Assembly (NCBI GenBank): GCA_934167485.1
Contig: CAKPKL010000003.1
Location: forward strand, 7,153 to 71,152
DNA from: an uncultured Bacilli bacterium
GTDB taxonomy: Bacteria > Bacillota_I > Bacilli_A > RF39 > UBA660
Length of the DNA: 64,000 bases
Direction: 5' to 3'
Both the position numbers and the translations under genes were made by a program. This document shows, piece after piece, positions 10,464 to 19,832 of this stretch. The notes under the pieces were generated by a model. That model did not search any database, had not been told where the DNA came from, and was given only the letters and a program-made list of their open reading frames with translations. Position 1 is the stretch's first letter; the number at the start of each line of letters is the position of its first letter.

Positions 10464-10730
10464 CTATATTTTTAATTTAACTATTGTACACCCATTATTA
10501 TTATAAAATAATTTATAGTCGATAACACTCTTATTTTTTTTAAGAGTTAGATGTACTTCTTCTTTTAATATGCCACTACCAATTCCATGGACTATACATA
10601 CTATCTCGTTTTTTAAAACTATATTATCATGAATAAATTCATTTACTTTAACGCGAGCACTATCTCTATCAAATCCATGTAAATCAACACTAGGTAAACT
10701 ATTTACAAATATTACTTCATTAAGTTCCAA
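10464..10730 (-). CDS. Smr-domain protein
   Basis: VDLHGFDRDSARVKVNEFI...IVCIVHGIGSGILKEEV matches the Smr signature (DLHG...HGKG). Confidence 0.6.
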   Translation of the reverse strand: MELNEVIFVNSLPSVDLHGFDRDSARVKVNEFIHDNIVLKNEIVCIVHGIGSGILKEEVHLTLKKNKSVIDYKLFYNNNGCTIVKLKI

Positions 10731-10734
10731 TATA

Positions 10735-11550
10735 TCACCTATTTCTACTACTTATAACTTTTGATTCATCAATCGTTATTGGTAAACCAAACCTCATTTT
10801 ATCTTCTATACTATATAATTTAGTTACATTATCATAAAATTCTTTTTTATCACTAGAATAAAATTTAAAATCATATAAATATTTTTCTTGATTTATATTA
10901 TATAAATAATCTTCTAATGGTACATTAAACATATTACCTTTAAATACCTTAATATATCCACTATATAAATTATTTATATAATCTTTCTCTAATTTTTTAT
11001 GTATATTTAAATTTTTTGGATAGGATTTAACACTCTTTAATATTTTTAATGAGGAATCTATATCAGCTATTCTCTCACCAGGTATAAAATTATATAATTT
11101 AAAATATAATTTATCTACTTTTTTATCTTTTCTTTTTTTACTCAATAATTTACTTTTATAAATATCATACATTATATCTGGATTAGATATATCTAAAAGT
11201 AATTTAATTGTATCATCTTTAGTAGATTTATATTTTTCTTTTAAGTGTTCTAATTCATGTAATACGTATCTTACTATTTGTAAATTAGTATATAGTACGT
11301 TTTCTGTTCTTCTATGATATTTATATAATTTATTTAAATCAACAGTTATTATACCTTTTAAGGTGTTGCACAAACACATTATATCTTTTTCATATATTTT
11401 TTCAAAAGTTAAACCAGAAAAAATATCTTTAGTAATATAATCAGAATTATTTATTTCATCTAAAACTATATGATTTATTAGATTTTTATCAACTAATATA
11501 CCTTTTTCTGATAAATATATAATTTGTTCTAATAATTCATTGCTAATCAT
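10735..11550 (-). CDS. hypothetical protein
   Basis: 271-aa ORF, no recognised motif. Confidence 0.4.
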   Translation of the reverse strand: MISNELLEQIIYLSEKGILVDKNLINHIVLDEINNSDYITKDIFSGLTFEKIYEKDIMCLCNTLKGIITVDLNKLYKYHRRTENVLYTNLQIVRYVLHELEHLKEKYKSTKDDTIKLLLDISNPDIMYDIYKSKLLSKKRKDKKVDKLYFKLYNFIPGERIADIDSSLKILKSVKSYPKNLNIHKKLEKDYINNLYSGYIKVFKGNMFNVPLEDYLYNINQEKYLYDFKFYSSDKKEFYDNVTKLYSIEDKMRFGLPITIDESKVISSRNR

Positions 11551-11606
11551 ATTACATCCCTTTTCTACGTGCTATATTCTATCATTAATTAATAATAAAG
11601 TCAAAA

Positions 11607-12212
11607 TTATTTAATTTTAACTTTATCAGTTATTACCTCATCTAAAGCTATATCAAAAGGACTATTTTCTATATAAAAATCTTTAAGAAGTTGTTCATCA
11701 TAACAAACTCCAATATTATATGAATTAGAATCCTTCAAATATTTATCATAATACCCCTTACCAAATCCAATTCTATTTTTATTTGTATCAAAACAAATAC
11801 CCGGAACTATTATAAGATCTATATCCTTTGAATTTATTATGTTTAATTTATCTAACAACGGTTCTTTTATTTTATATTTATTAATATTTATTAAATCTTC
11901 TCTTGAATTTATTTTGCAAAATATCATATTAGAATCATCCAATACTATTGGAAGGCAAACTATTTTATTATTTTCTATCGAGAAATCCATTAAAGAATTT
12001 AAATTAACTTCATTTTTAAATGAACTATAAACACCTATAGTTTGTGATTGTTTATACTCTTTTTCATTTAATATTTTTTCTACTATTATTTTAGATTTAT
12101 AATCACTATTTGTTAAACTATTTCTAAGATTTAAATAATATTTTCTTAATTCAGATTTATTCATGTAATCACCAAAAATATTATAAAAAAAAGATTGAAA
12201 TAAATCAATCAT
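11607..12212 (-). CDS. 5-formyltetrahydrofolate cyclo-ligase
   Basis: C-terminal IVPGICFDTNKNRIGFGKGYYDKYL matches the MTHFS G.G.GYYD motif. About 190 aa. Confidence 0.65.
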   Translation of the reverse strand: MIDLFQSFFYNIFGDYMNKSELRKYYLNLRNSLTNSDYKSKIIVEKILNEKEYKQSQTIGVYSSFKNEVNLNSLMDFSIENNKIVCLPIVLDDSNMIFCKINSREDLININKYKIKEPLLDKLNIINSKDIDLIIVPGICFDTNKNRIGFGKGYYDKYLKDSNSYNIGVCYDEQLLKDFYIENSPFDIALDEVITDKVKIK

Positions 12213-12856
12213 TTTATATGTTTTTTCAGATTACTAACAAGTTTTAAAGTTTCTTGGTCTATTCTTTCATATCTTTGTTGTTTTTCATCATTAGTTAATT
12301 CATTAAAATACTTTTTATTTTTAATATCATAACTAATTGAGTCTAATGTACCACCTGATACTGTATCTTTTTGATTCTTTTTTGAAGTAAATAAAAATGG
12401 TTCCTCATCTATTGTCATCGAATAAATATTCCCATCAGCATCTATTAAAGCTACACCAGTTTGATAATGAGCTAAACTCTCTCCATCTACCATATTTAAA
12501 CAATTTATATAATAATTTAAAATTTCCTGATCAGTCAAATCTTCTCTACCATTTACTCTTCTTACAAATAATCCAGGTTGCATATTTTCATTAAATTTAT
12601 CTACATAAAGTCCAGAATCCTCAGCTATAACTGCCATACCTGTTTTATTATAATACTCTTGAGCTTTTTTTATAGCATTTTCCTCTGCTGTTTTACCATC
12701 TTCTACAACATTTATTTTAACTCCAATTTGTTTAGGCATTAAAACATTTATGTCATCCAAACTAGATAGTCTACGTTTCATTAAATTATATTTATTTTCA
12801 TTACCTGTTGCGAATAACAAATCCATACAATCACTTCCTTGTAAATATTTTAACAT
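12209..12856 (-). CDS. non-canonical purine NTP pyrophosphatase (Ham1/RdgB family)
   Basis: LFATGNENKYNLMKRRL...IAEDSGLYVD resembles the Ham1 ATGN.GK...EDSGL core. Confidence 0.5.
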   Translation of the reverse strand: MLKYLQGSDCMDLLFATGNENKYNLMKRRLSSLDDINVLMPKQIGVKINVVEDGKTAEENAIKKAQEYYNKTGMAVIAEDSGLYVDKFNENMQPGLFVRRVNGREDLTDQEILNYYINCLNMVDGESLAHYQTGVALIDADGNIYSMTIDEEPFLFTSKKNQKDTVSGGTLDSISYDIKNKKYFNELTNDEKQQRYERIDQETLKLVSNLKKHIK

Positions 12857-12908
12857 AAAAGAAAAGAAAACTTCAATATATATTTAAAGTTTTCTCGATT
12901 AATTATAC

Positions 12909-14597
12909 TCATTCATTACCTAACTTTTTACCTATTTTATAAAAAAGTGTATCTTTTTTATTTAAATCATTATAATTACCATTTTCTACAATAATACCAT
13001 CTTTAATTACATATATACTGTCAAATTGTTTTAACAAATCTACTCTATGAGTTACTAAAATAACTGTTTTATTCTTTAAACAATCTAAAAGTAAATTTAA
13101 AACTATCATTTCATTTTGATTATCTAGTGCAGAAGTAGCCTCATCCAAAATGATTAAATCAGAATTGTCAAAAAATAATCTTGCTAAGGCTATCCTTTGT
13201 CTCTCTCCACCCGACAAAAGAATTCCCTTTTCACCTATTTCTGTATCTAAACCATTTTCCAACTTATTATAGAATTCAGATAAATTTAGTTTTTTTAATA
13301 CTTTGATAATTTCTTTATCTGGAATATTTTGATCAAATATTATATTTTCCCTTAGTGTTCCATCAAATAGTGGAGATTCTTGAGAAACATATGAAATAGA
13401 GTCATATAAGGTATTTAAATTGATACTTTGTAACTTATCCTTTCCAATATATACTTTCCCAGCTGTTGGTTTTAAAAGGCCTAATATTAATTTTAATATT
13501 GTAGATTTACCACTACCACTAGATCCAACTATAGCAATTTTTTTCTTTGACATAATTTCCATATTTATATCTTTCAAAACTAAATTTTTATTATATTTAT
13601 ATTTTAAAGAATCAATAATAATGTTTTTATCTTTAATTTTAACTTTTTTACCATTTGTTAATTGCATATCATCATCCAAATTCAAAAATTCTATATACCT
13701 ATTCATCACAATTTTATCAAGTTTATAATCAACATATATAACATTAAAAATAGCGATTGGTTCATAAGCTTTACCTAATAAGGTTATTAATGCTACTACT
13801 GATCCTATAGATAACTTATTTGATAATATTGCATATATAAGAACAGTTATTTTTATAATCCCAACTAATAATGCAAATATTGTAAAAAAAGCTTCATGAA
13901 CTAAAGTTATCTTTATTTTATTATTAACAATTTCGTTTATATTATTATTACATTTTTCTATTTCTTTTCTATATTTTTTATTAATTCTGAAAGATATTAA
14001 TTCTTGAAAACCTCTGATTAAATATTTATTCATATTTTCTTCGTTTTCTACAATACTTTCCTTTAGTTTATAAAGTTTAATTATTATAATTTTAGTTATT
14101 ATAAAAACTAATACATACCCTATAAAAACAACTAATGCAATTTTAAAATCAATCATAAATATAAAAACTAAACTAGATATCATTGTAGGCAACAATTCCC
14201 TAAAAATTCTAAAATAAAATTCATATACTACATCTCTTGCTGCTACAGATCCATTTTCAACTTTTTGAGTTAATTTACCTAAACCTAATTTTTGATATTT
14301 TGAATAATCTATCTTAGATACTTTTTTCAGTGCCGAAAGTTTAAAATCTAAATATAATTTATTTTGTAAATAAACACTTGGATAATTTTCTAAATAAGAA
14401 AAAATTATATACATTATCATAAGAAAGCCGTACAAAATTATCATTTTGAAAGTTAAATCTCCCATATTAAATTTATCTAATATAATTTGAAATAATTTAA
14501 TATTATACGTTCCTAGAACCGATAAAAATATTCCCAATAGAATATATAGAAATATAATTTTTTTATTATTACTCAATGTTTGTTTTATATAATTCAT
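12909..14597 (-). CDS. ABC exporter, fused permease/ATP-binding protein
   Basis: N-terminal 6-TM domain. Walker A GSSGSGKST, ABC signature LSGGERQRIALARLFF, Walker B LIILDEATSALD. Confidence 0.8.
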   Translation of the reverse strand: MNYIKQTLSNNKKIIFLYILLGIFLSVLGTYNIKLFQIILDKFNMGDLTFKMIILYGFLMIMYIIFSYLENYPSVYLQNKLYLDFKLSALKKVSKIDYSKYQKLGLGKLTQKVENGSVAARDVVYEFYFRIFRELLPTMISSLVFIFMIDFKIALVVFIGYVLVFIITKIIIIKLYKLKESIVENEENMNKYLIRGFQELISFRINKKYRKEIEKCNNNINEIVNNKIKITLVHEAFFTIFALLVGIIKITVLIYAILSNKLSIGSVVALITLLGKAYEPIAIFNVIYVDYKLDKIVMNRYIEFLNLDDDMQLTNGKKVKIKDKNIIIDSLKYKYNKNLVLKDINMEIMSKKKIAIVGSSGSGKSTILKLILGLLKPTAGKVYIGKDKLQSINLNTLYDSISYVSQESPLFDGTLRENIIFDQNIPDKEIIKVLKKLNLSEFYNKLENGLDTEIGEKGILLSGGERQRIALARLFFDNSDLIILDEATSALDNQNEMIVLNLLLDCLKNKTVILVTHRVDLLKQFDSIYVIKDGIIVENGNYNDLNKKDTLFYKIGKKLGNE

Positions 14598-14869
14598 ACA
14601 ATCACCTTACTTTTAGTTTTTATAAATCACCATTATAAAAATATATTTTAAGTGCATCTTCAGTATATTTTGGTTTAGAAACATCTATGTCCAAATACTT
14701 ACCAATATAATATATAATAAATTGGGATGCTATAAGTAAATCAAACTCAGCTAAAATATATTGTTTTGACTTTTAAAATTATTAATTTTCTTTTATTACA
14801 TTTTGAATCACAATGTCATTTGGACCAAAGAAAAATATATTGAAAATAAAATGATTTATATTTATTTAC

Positions 14870-15373
14870 TTATTCTATTTGTTCTAACATTTTCTTTTTT
14901 AAGTTATCTATATCTGTAAAAAATAAATTAGTTCCCCTTTTTTTTAGTCCAATCATATTTTTAAATAAACTTTTTATCTCATCTTGTAAATCAGTTGGAA
15001 CATTTAATGGAACTCCATCAACAGTATGTACATGATCTATATATTTTTCTAATGTAGGGAATGCATTTTGAAGAAGTATTGCTGCCTCTTCATCTGCTAT
15101 TTTTCTAATTATAATTGTATTACAAAATCCATATCGTCCTATTTTCTTATCAATTATCTTTTTATATTTATCTACTTTAGAACTTATTGGTATAAACCAT
15201 AAAATACTTTTATCTCTAATCGTAAAATAAGTTGGTCTTTTTTTACCTTTTTCATGATTTTGCATTAAACTATCATCATCTACAATATCGAAATATTCAT
15301 CTTTAATATGATATAAATAACCTGTCTTTATTTCCAAGTACATCATCTCCATATATAATATATCACAAAACAA
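14870..15373 (-). CDS. ToxN/AbiQ-like type III toxin (endoribonuclease) candidate
   Basis: 167 aa. Central motif KKRPTYFTIRDKSILWFIPISSKVDKYKK resembles the ToxN/AbiQ RP....Y.APLSSPKPKH core. Preceded by tandem repeats plus a terminator. Confidence 0.5.
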   Translation of the reverse strand: MFCDILYMEMMYLEIKTGYLYHIKDEYFDIVDDDSLMQNHEKGKKRPTYFTIRDKSILWFIPISSKVDKYKKIIDKKIGRYGFCNTIIIRKIADEEAAILLQNAFPTLEKYIDHVHTVDGVPLNVPTDLQDEIKSLFKNMIGLKKRGTNLFFTDIDNLKKKMLEQIE

Positions 15374-15415
15374 AAGAAAACTCCATCATACGATGAAGTT
15401 ATTCTACATTTTCAA

Positions 15416-15512
15416 CCAGGATCATTTATTAGTCGCACCACCTGGAAGCGAAAAACATTGTCGCCTGGAATCATTTATTATTCGCGCCATCCAGAAGCGA
15501 AAAACATTTTCA
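15416..15512 (-). ncRNA. candidate type III antitoxin RNA (ToxI/antiQ-like); two ~48-nt tandem pseudo-repeats
   Basis: ccaggatcatttattagtcgcaccacctggaagcgaaaaacattg and cctggaatcatttattattcgcgccatccagaagcgaaaaacatttt, each with an internal ccagg/cctgg inverted repeat. GC-rich island in AT-rich DNA, immediately upstream of the ToxN-like ORF. Confidence 0.45.
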
Positions 15513-15531
15513 CACTTTTCAGTGCAATATA

Positions 15532-15560
15532 AATATACTACATTTTTATGAAAATGTCAA
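15532..15560 (-). promoter_or_regulatory. consensus promoter TTGACA-17-TATATT upstream of the repeat array and toxin ORF
   Basis: Minus strand reads ttgacattttcataaaaatgtagtatatt, about 20 nt before the first repeat. Confidence 0.5.
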
Positions 15561-15725
15561 CTATAGTATACATTTATAGTATATTCCCAAAAAATATTAT
15601 TATTAATTTTTTAAGTAATTTTTGCCATTAATGTTAGAAAAAAAGAAATAAAAAAAAGACCAAAATTTTGAAATCTTGGTCTAATTTATATATTTTTATA
15701 TAATAACAAGTTACCTTTAAAACTA

Positions 15726-18356
15726 TTAATTTTCTTTTTCTTTTACTACAGCTTGTGCAGCAGCAAGACGAGCTAATGGAACTCTAAATGGACTACAAGA
15801 TACATAATCAAGACCTACTCTATGGCAGAATTCAACACTACTTGGTTCTCCGCCATGTTCTCCACATATACCCATATGAATATCTGGACGAGTTTGTTTT
15901 CCTAATTTAGCAGCCATTTCTACTAATTTTCCAACTCCATTTTGATCTAGTTTAGCAAATGGATCATTTTCAAAAATTCCTTTAGCATAGTATTCATTTA
16001 AGAATTTAGCAGCATCATCTCTTGAGAATCCAAATGTCATTTGAGTTAAATCGTTTGTACCAAATGAGAAGAATTCTGCTTCTTTAGCTATTTCATCAGC
16101 TGTTACAGCTGCTCTTGGTATTTCAATCATAGTACCAACATGATACTCTAATTTAACTCCAGCATCAGCTATAACTTTATCTGCAGTATCAGTTACTACT
16201 TTCTTAACATATTTAAGTTCATTAACATCTCCAACTAGTGGAATCATTATTTCAGGAGTAACATTCATTCCTTTTTTATTTACATTGATTGCAGCTTCAA
16301 TAACAGCTCTAGTTTGCATTCTTGCAATTTCTGGATAAGTAATAGCAAGTCTACATCCACGATGTCCCATCATTGGATTGAATTCTTTTAATGATTCAAC
16401 TCTCTCTTTTAAAGCTTCAAAACTCATACCTAAAGATTCTGCTAAAGGTTTAATTTCTTCATCTGTATGAGGTAAGAATTCATGTAATGGTGGATCTAAG
16501 TAACGAATTACAACTGGATCTCCTTCCATTGCCTCAAATAATCCTTCAAAATCTTTTCTTTGATATGGTAAGATTTTTTCAAGAGCTTCTTCACGTTTTT
16601 CAACTGTATCTGCAGCTATCATTCTACGGAAGTTAAATATTCTTTCTTCTTCAAAGAACATGTGTTCTGTACGGCAAAGACCAATTCCTTCAGCACCAAA
16701 TTTACGAGCTTGAATTGCATCTCTTGGTGTATCAGCATTAGTTCTAACTTTAAGTCTTCTAACACTATCAGCCCATCCCATAAATGTTTCAAAATCACCA
16801 CTTATTTCAGGAGCAACAGTTTTAACTTGTTCACCATAAACATTACCAGTAGAACCATCTAAGCTCATCCAGTCTCCTTCATGATATACTTTACCATCTT
16901 TTGTTTTAACTGTCTTAGCTTCTTCATCTATTACAAGTTCACCACATCCAGAAACACAGCAAGTACCCATACCACGAGCAACTACTGCAGCATGACTTGT
17001 CATACCACCACGTATTGTTAATATACCATGTGCGATATTCATTCCTTCAATATCTTCTGGAGAAGTTTCAAGTCTAACAAGTAAAATATCACTTTCACCA
17101 TTTTTGCTAGCTTCCATTACATCTTCAGCTGTAAAATAAATTTTACCTGTTGCAGCACCTGGTGATGCAGCAAGACCTTGAGCTACTACTTTAGCTTCTT
17201 TAAGTGCTTTTTGATCAAAATTTGGATGTAATAATTGATCTAATTGTTTTGGTTCTACTTTAAGTAAAGCCTCTTCCTTAGAAATCATTCCTTCATTTAC
17301 TAAATCAACAGCAATCTTTAATGCAGCTTGAGCAGTTCTTTTACCATTTCTTGTTTGTAACATGAAAAGTTTTCCATTTTCTATAGTAAATTCCATATCT
17401 TGCATATCTTTATAGTGATCTTCAAGAATTCCACAAATTTTAACAAATTCATCATAGCACTCTGGCATAGTTTCCTTTAATGTTGCGATTGGTTGTGGAG
17501 TACGAATACCAGCAACAACGTCCTCACCTTGAGCATTCATTAAATATTCACCAAATAGTGCTTTTTCTCCTGTAGCAGGATTTCTTGTAAATGCAACACC
17601 TGTACCACAGTCATCACCGCGATTACCATAAACCATTTCTTGAACGTTTACAGCAGTTCCCCAACTAGATGGAATATCATTAAGTCTACGATAAGTAATA
17701 GCTCTATCATTATTCCAACTTCTGAATACAGCTTTTACAGCTTCCATTAATTGTTCTTTTGGATCTTGTGGGAATTCAACTCCAGCATGATTTTTATATT
17801 CATCCTTATAAATTTCTACAACTTCCATTAAATCTTCAGCAGTAAGTTCTGTATCAAATTCTACTCCTTTTTCCTCTTTGATTACATCAAATTTTCTTTC
17901 AAAAGAGCTCTTTGGAAATCCCTTAACTACATCTGCAAACATTTGAATAAATCTTCTATAACTATCATATACAAATCTTGCATTATTTGTAGCCTTAGCA
18001 AATCCTTTTGCTACCTCATCATTTAAACCTAGGTTTAAAACAGTATCCATCATACCTGGCATAGATGCTCTAGCACCACTTCTTACAGATACTAACAATG
18101 GATTTTCCATATCTCCAAATTTTTTACCTGTTTCACTTTCCAAAGCTTCCAAATGGTCTAATATTTCTTTTTTAATTTCATTAGAAATATCTTCACCATC
18201 ATCATAATACTTAATACAAGCTTCAGTAGTAACAGTAAATCCTCTTGGAACTGGAAGTCCAATTCCTGTCATCTCAGCAAGGTTAGCACCTTTACCACCT
18301 AACAAGTTACGCATGTCTTTGTTACCTTCTTTAAAGGCATAAACATATTTCGTCAT
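15726..18356 (-). CDS. ppdK: pyruvate, phosphate dikinase
   Basis: MTKYVYAFKEG...LLGGKGANLAEMT N-terminus. Catalytic-His region GGMTSHAAVVARGMG. PEP-utilising C-terminal domain. 876 aa. Confidence 0.9.
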   Translation of the reverse strand: MTKYVYAFKEGNKDMRNLLGGKGANLAEMTGIGLPVPRGFTVTTEACIKYYDDGEDISNEIKKEILDHLEALESETGKKFGDMENPLLVSVRSGARASMPGMMDTVLNLGLNDEVAKGFAKATNNARFVYDSYRRFIQMFADVVKGFPKSSFERKFDVIKEEKGVEFDTELTAEDLMEVVEIYKDEYKNHAGVEFPQDPKEQLMEAVKAVFRSWNNDRAITYRRLNDIPSSWGTAVNVQEMVYGNRGDDCGTGVAFTRNPATGEKALFGEYLMNAQGEDVVAGIRTPQPIATLKETMPECYDEFVKICGILEDHYKDMQDMEFTIENGKLFMLQTRNGKRTAQAALKIAVDLVNEGMISKEEALLKVEPKQLDQLLHPNFDQKALKEAKVVAQGLAASPGAATGKIYFTAEDVMEASKNGESDILLVRLETSPEDIEGMNIAHGILTIRGGMTSHAAVVARGMGTCCVSGCGELVIDEEAKTVKTKDGKVYHEGDWMSLDGSTGNVYGEQVKTVAPEISGDFETFMGWADSVRRLKVRTNADTPRDAIQARKFGAEGIGLCRTEHMFFEEERIFNFRRMIAADTVEKREEALEKILPYQRKDFEGLFEAMEGDPVVIRYLDPPLHEFLPHTDEEIKPLAESLGMSFEALKERVESLKEFNPMMGHRGCRLAITYPEIARMQTRAVIEAAINVNKKGMNVTPEIMIPLVGDVNELKYVKKVVTDTADKVIADAGVKLEYHVGTMIEIPRAAVTADEIAKEAEFFSFGTNDLTQMTFGFSRDDAAKFLNEYYAKGIFENDPFAKLDQNGVGKLVEMAAKLGKQTRPDIHMGICGEHGGEPSSVEFCHRVGLDYVSCSPFRVPLARLAAAQAVVKEKEN

Positions 18357-18604
18357 ATTATCCTCCTTTTAACATACAAAAATATTATAACATGAATAAA
18401 AAAAAGAGAGCAAGTAAATTTGGAAAAAATATGAAAATTTATTAAAATTTAGAACATATGGTTCTTATTTTATGCTTTATAGATATCATCTCTTGATGAT
18501 AAAATTATATCAAAATGAACTTTTTGTTTTTAACTAAAATTTATTGTATAATTTACAGATATTGTATTTTTAGCTTAACTAACAATTTCTTAATATATAA
18601 AAAA

Positions 18605-18762
18605 TCAAAGTGTTATACCTTGATTCTTTAACATATAATATGCAATTATTAAAAACGCAATTAAAACTAAGATAGTAAAAAATAAAGTTAGTTTACATTT
18701 TCTTCTAAAAGCCTTTTTCTTTTGAATTGCCTTTTTAGTAGGTCTACCTCTCTTTGCCATAA
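18605..18762 (-). CDS. small basic membrane protein (about 51 aa), hypothetical
   Basis: MAKRGRPTKKAIQKKKAFRRK + single TM (LTLFFTILVLIAFLIIAYYM). Starts 1 nt after the stop of pilin-like gene 18763..19773. Not in the ORF track. Confidence 0.25.
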
Positions 18763-19773
18763 TTAACCCCTATTTATATCACTTTCTAAAATTTCAACTA
18801 CAGGTCTTACACCATAATATGTAGCATCGTTATATAAAGTACTAAGGCTTTCATCTCCTTTTACAACAGCTATTTCTGTTGTTGAAGTTGCAAAACCTAA
18901 CCAATAATATCCTGATGTCCAAGTAAGTGTTGAATCAAAAGTTGAAGTTTTAGTTGATGTATTATATTTATATCCTAAAACAAGTGCTTGATCATAATTC
19001 ATCAATAAAACATTTATTACTCTAACATTTAATTGATCTTTTAAATAGGTCTTATATTCTTCGAGATAAGTCCCAATTAAACTTGATTTATTATTATATA
19101 CAAATTGATTAATTTTATCATATTTCCAGTAATTAGTATCAGAAAATTTTACGGGTCTATATACAGTTACACCTTCACTTAAATGATCATCACTCTGTAC
19201 TAAATCTTCTTCATCACCATACTTAGAATCTCCAACATTTAATGGAAATTTTGTAAGCATTGATATTCTACCATTAACATTTTCAATAACATAAAATTTT
19301 TCAAGGCCACATGTAACTTCATCACTTAAATCAATTTCGTTATTTGAATTTGAATCTGTAAATGTACAAACAGGAGTATATACAGGTGAACATCCTGTTA
19401 CATCTTTTGGATCTATTTCATATTTTGTATTTAAGGTACCATAGCCAGTATTATTTGATGTTATTTTTATTTTTATTGTATCAGAAATAGGCTCATTAGT
19501 TCTAGAATCAATTAGCTTTGAATCTAGTAATCCATACTCTTTTAAATCTAAAACTGTAATATATTTACATTCACCACCATCAGGTAATTTATCTATATTA
19601 TCTGCTCCCCAAGTTTCTGCAGATGATTTAATTAAAGCTAATTGATTATCATATAAATCTTTTTTACTATTTTTAACAACTTTTGTAATAGAAGTTACTG
19701 ATAGTAATGCTAATAATGAAATAATTACTATAACAGCTAACAATTCTACTAAAGTGAACCCTTTATCTTTCAT
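18763..19773 (-). CDS. type IV pilin-like protein (large paralog, 336 aa)
   Basis: MKDKGFTLVELLAVIVIISLLALL class III signal. C-terminal YGVRPVVEIL motif shared with paralogs. Confidence 0.7.
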   Translation of the reverse strand: MKDKGFTLVELLAVIVIISLLALLSVTSITKVVKNSKKDLYDNQLALIKSSAETWGADNIDKLPDGGECKYITVLDLKEYGLLDSKLIDSRTNEPISDTIKIKITSNNTGYGTLNTKYEIDPKDVTGCSPVYTPVCTFTDSNSNNEIDLSDEVTCGLEKFYVIENVNGRISMLTKFPLNVGDSKYGDEEDLVQSDDHLSEGVTVYRPVKFSDTNYWKYDKINQFVYNNKSSLIGTYLEEYKTYLKDQLNVRVINVLLMNYDQALVLGYKYNTSTKTSTFDSTLTWTSGYYWLGFATSTTEIAVVKGDESLSTLYNDATYYGVRPVVEILESDINRG

Positions 19774-19832
19774 ACATAATCCTACTTTCTATAAATATAT
19801 TATATAAAAAAAAAATACTTTTTGCAAGTATT
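19774..19832 (-). promoter_or_regulatory. promoter TTGCAA-17-TATAAT with a T10 homopolymer inside the spacer
   Basis: Minus strand ttgcaaaaagtatttttttttttatataat (A10 on + at 19806-19815), then RBS AGGA and ATG. Confidence 0.5.

Noticed and set aside
12397-12594. Short + strand ORFs (12397..12594, 13420..13728, 16662..16862, 20122..20334 and similar)
   Set aside because: All lie antisense within strongly supported minus-strand genes; artefacts of AT-rich sequence.
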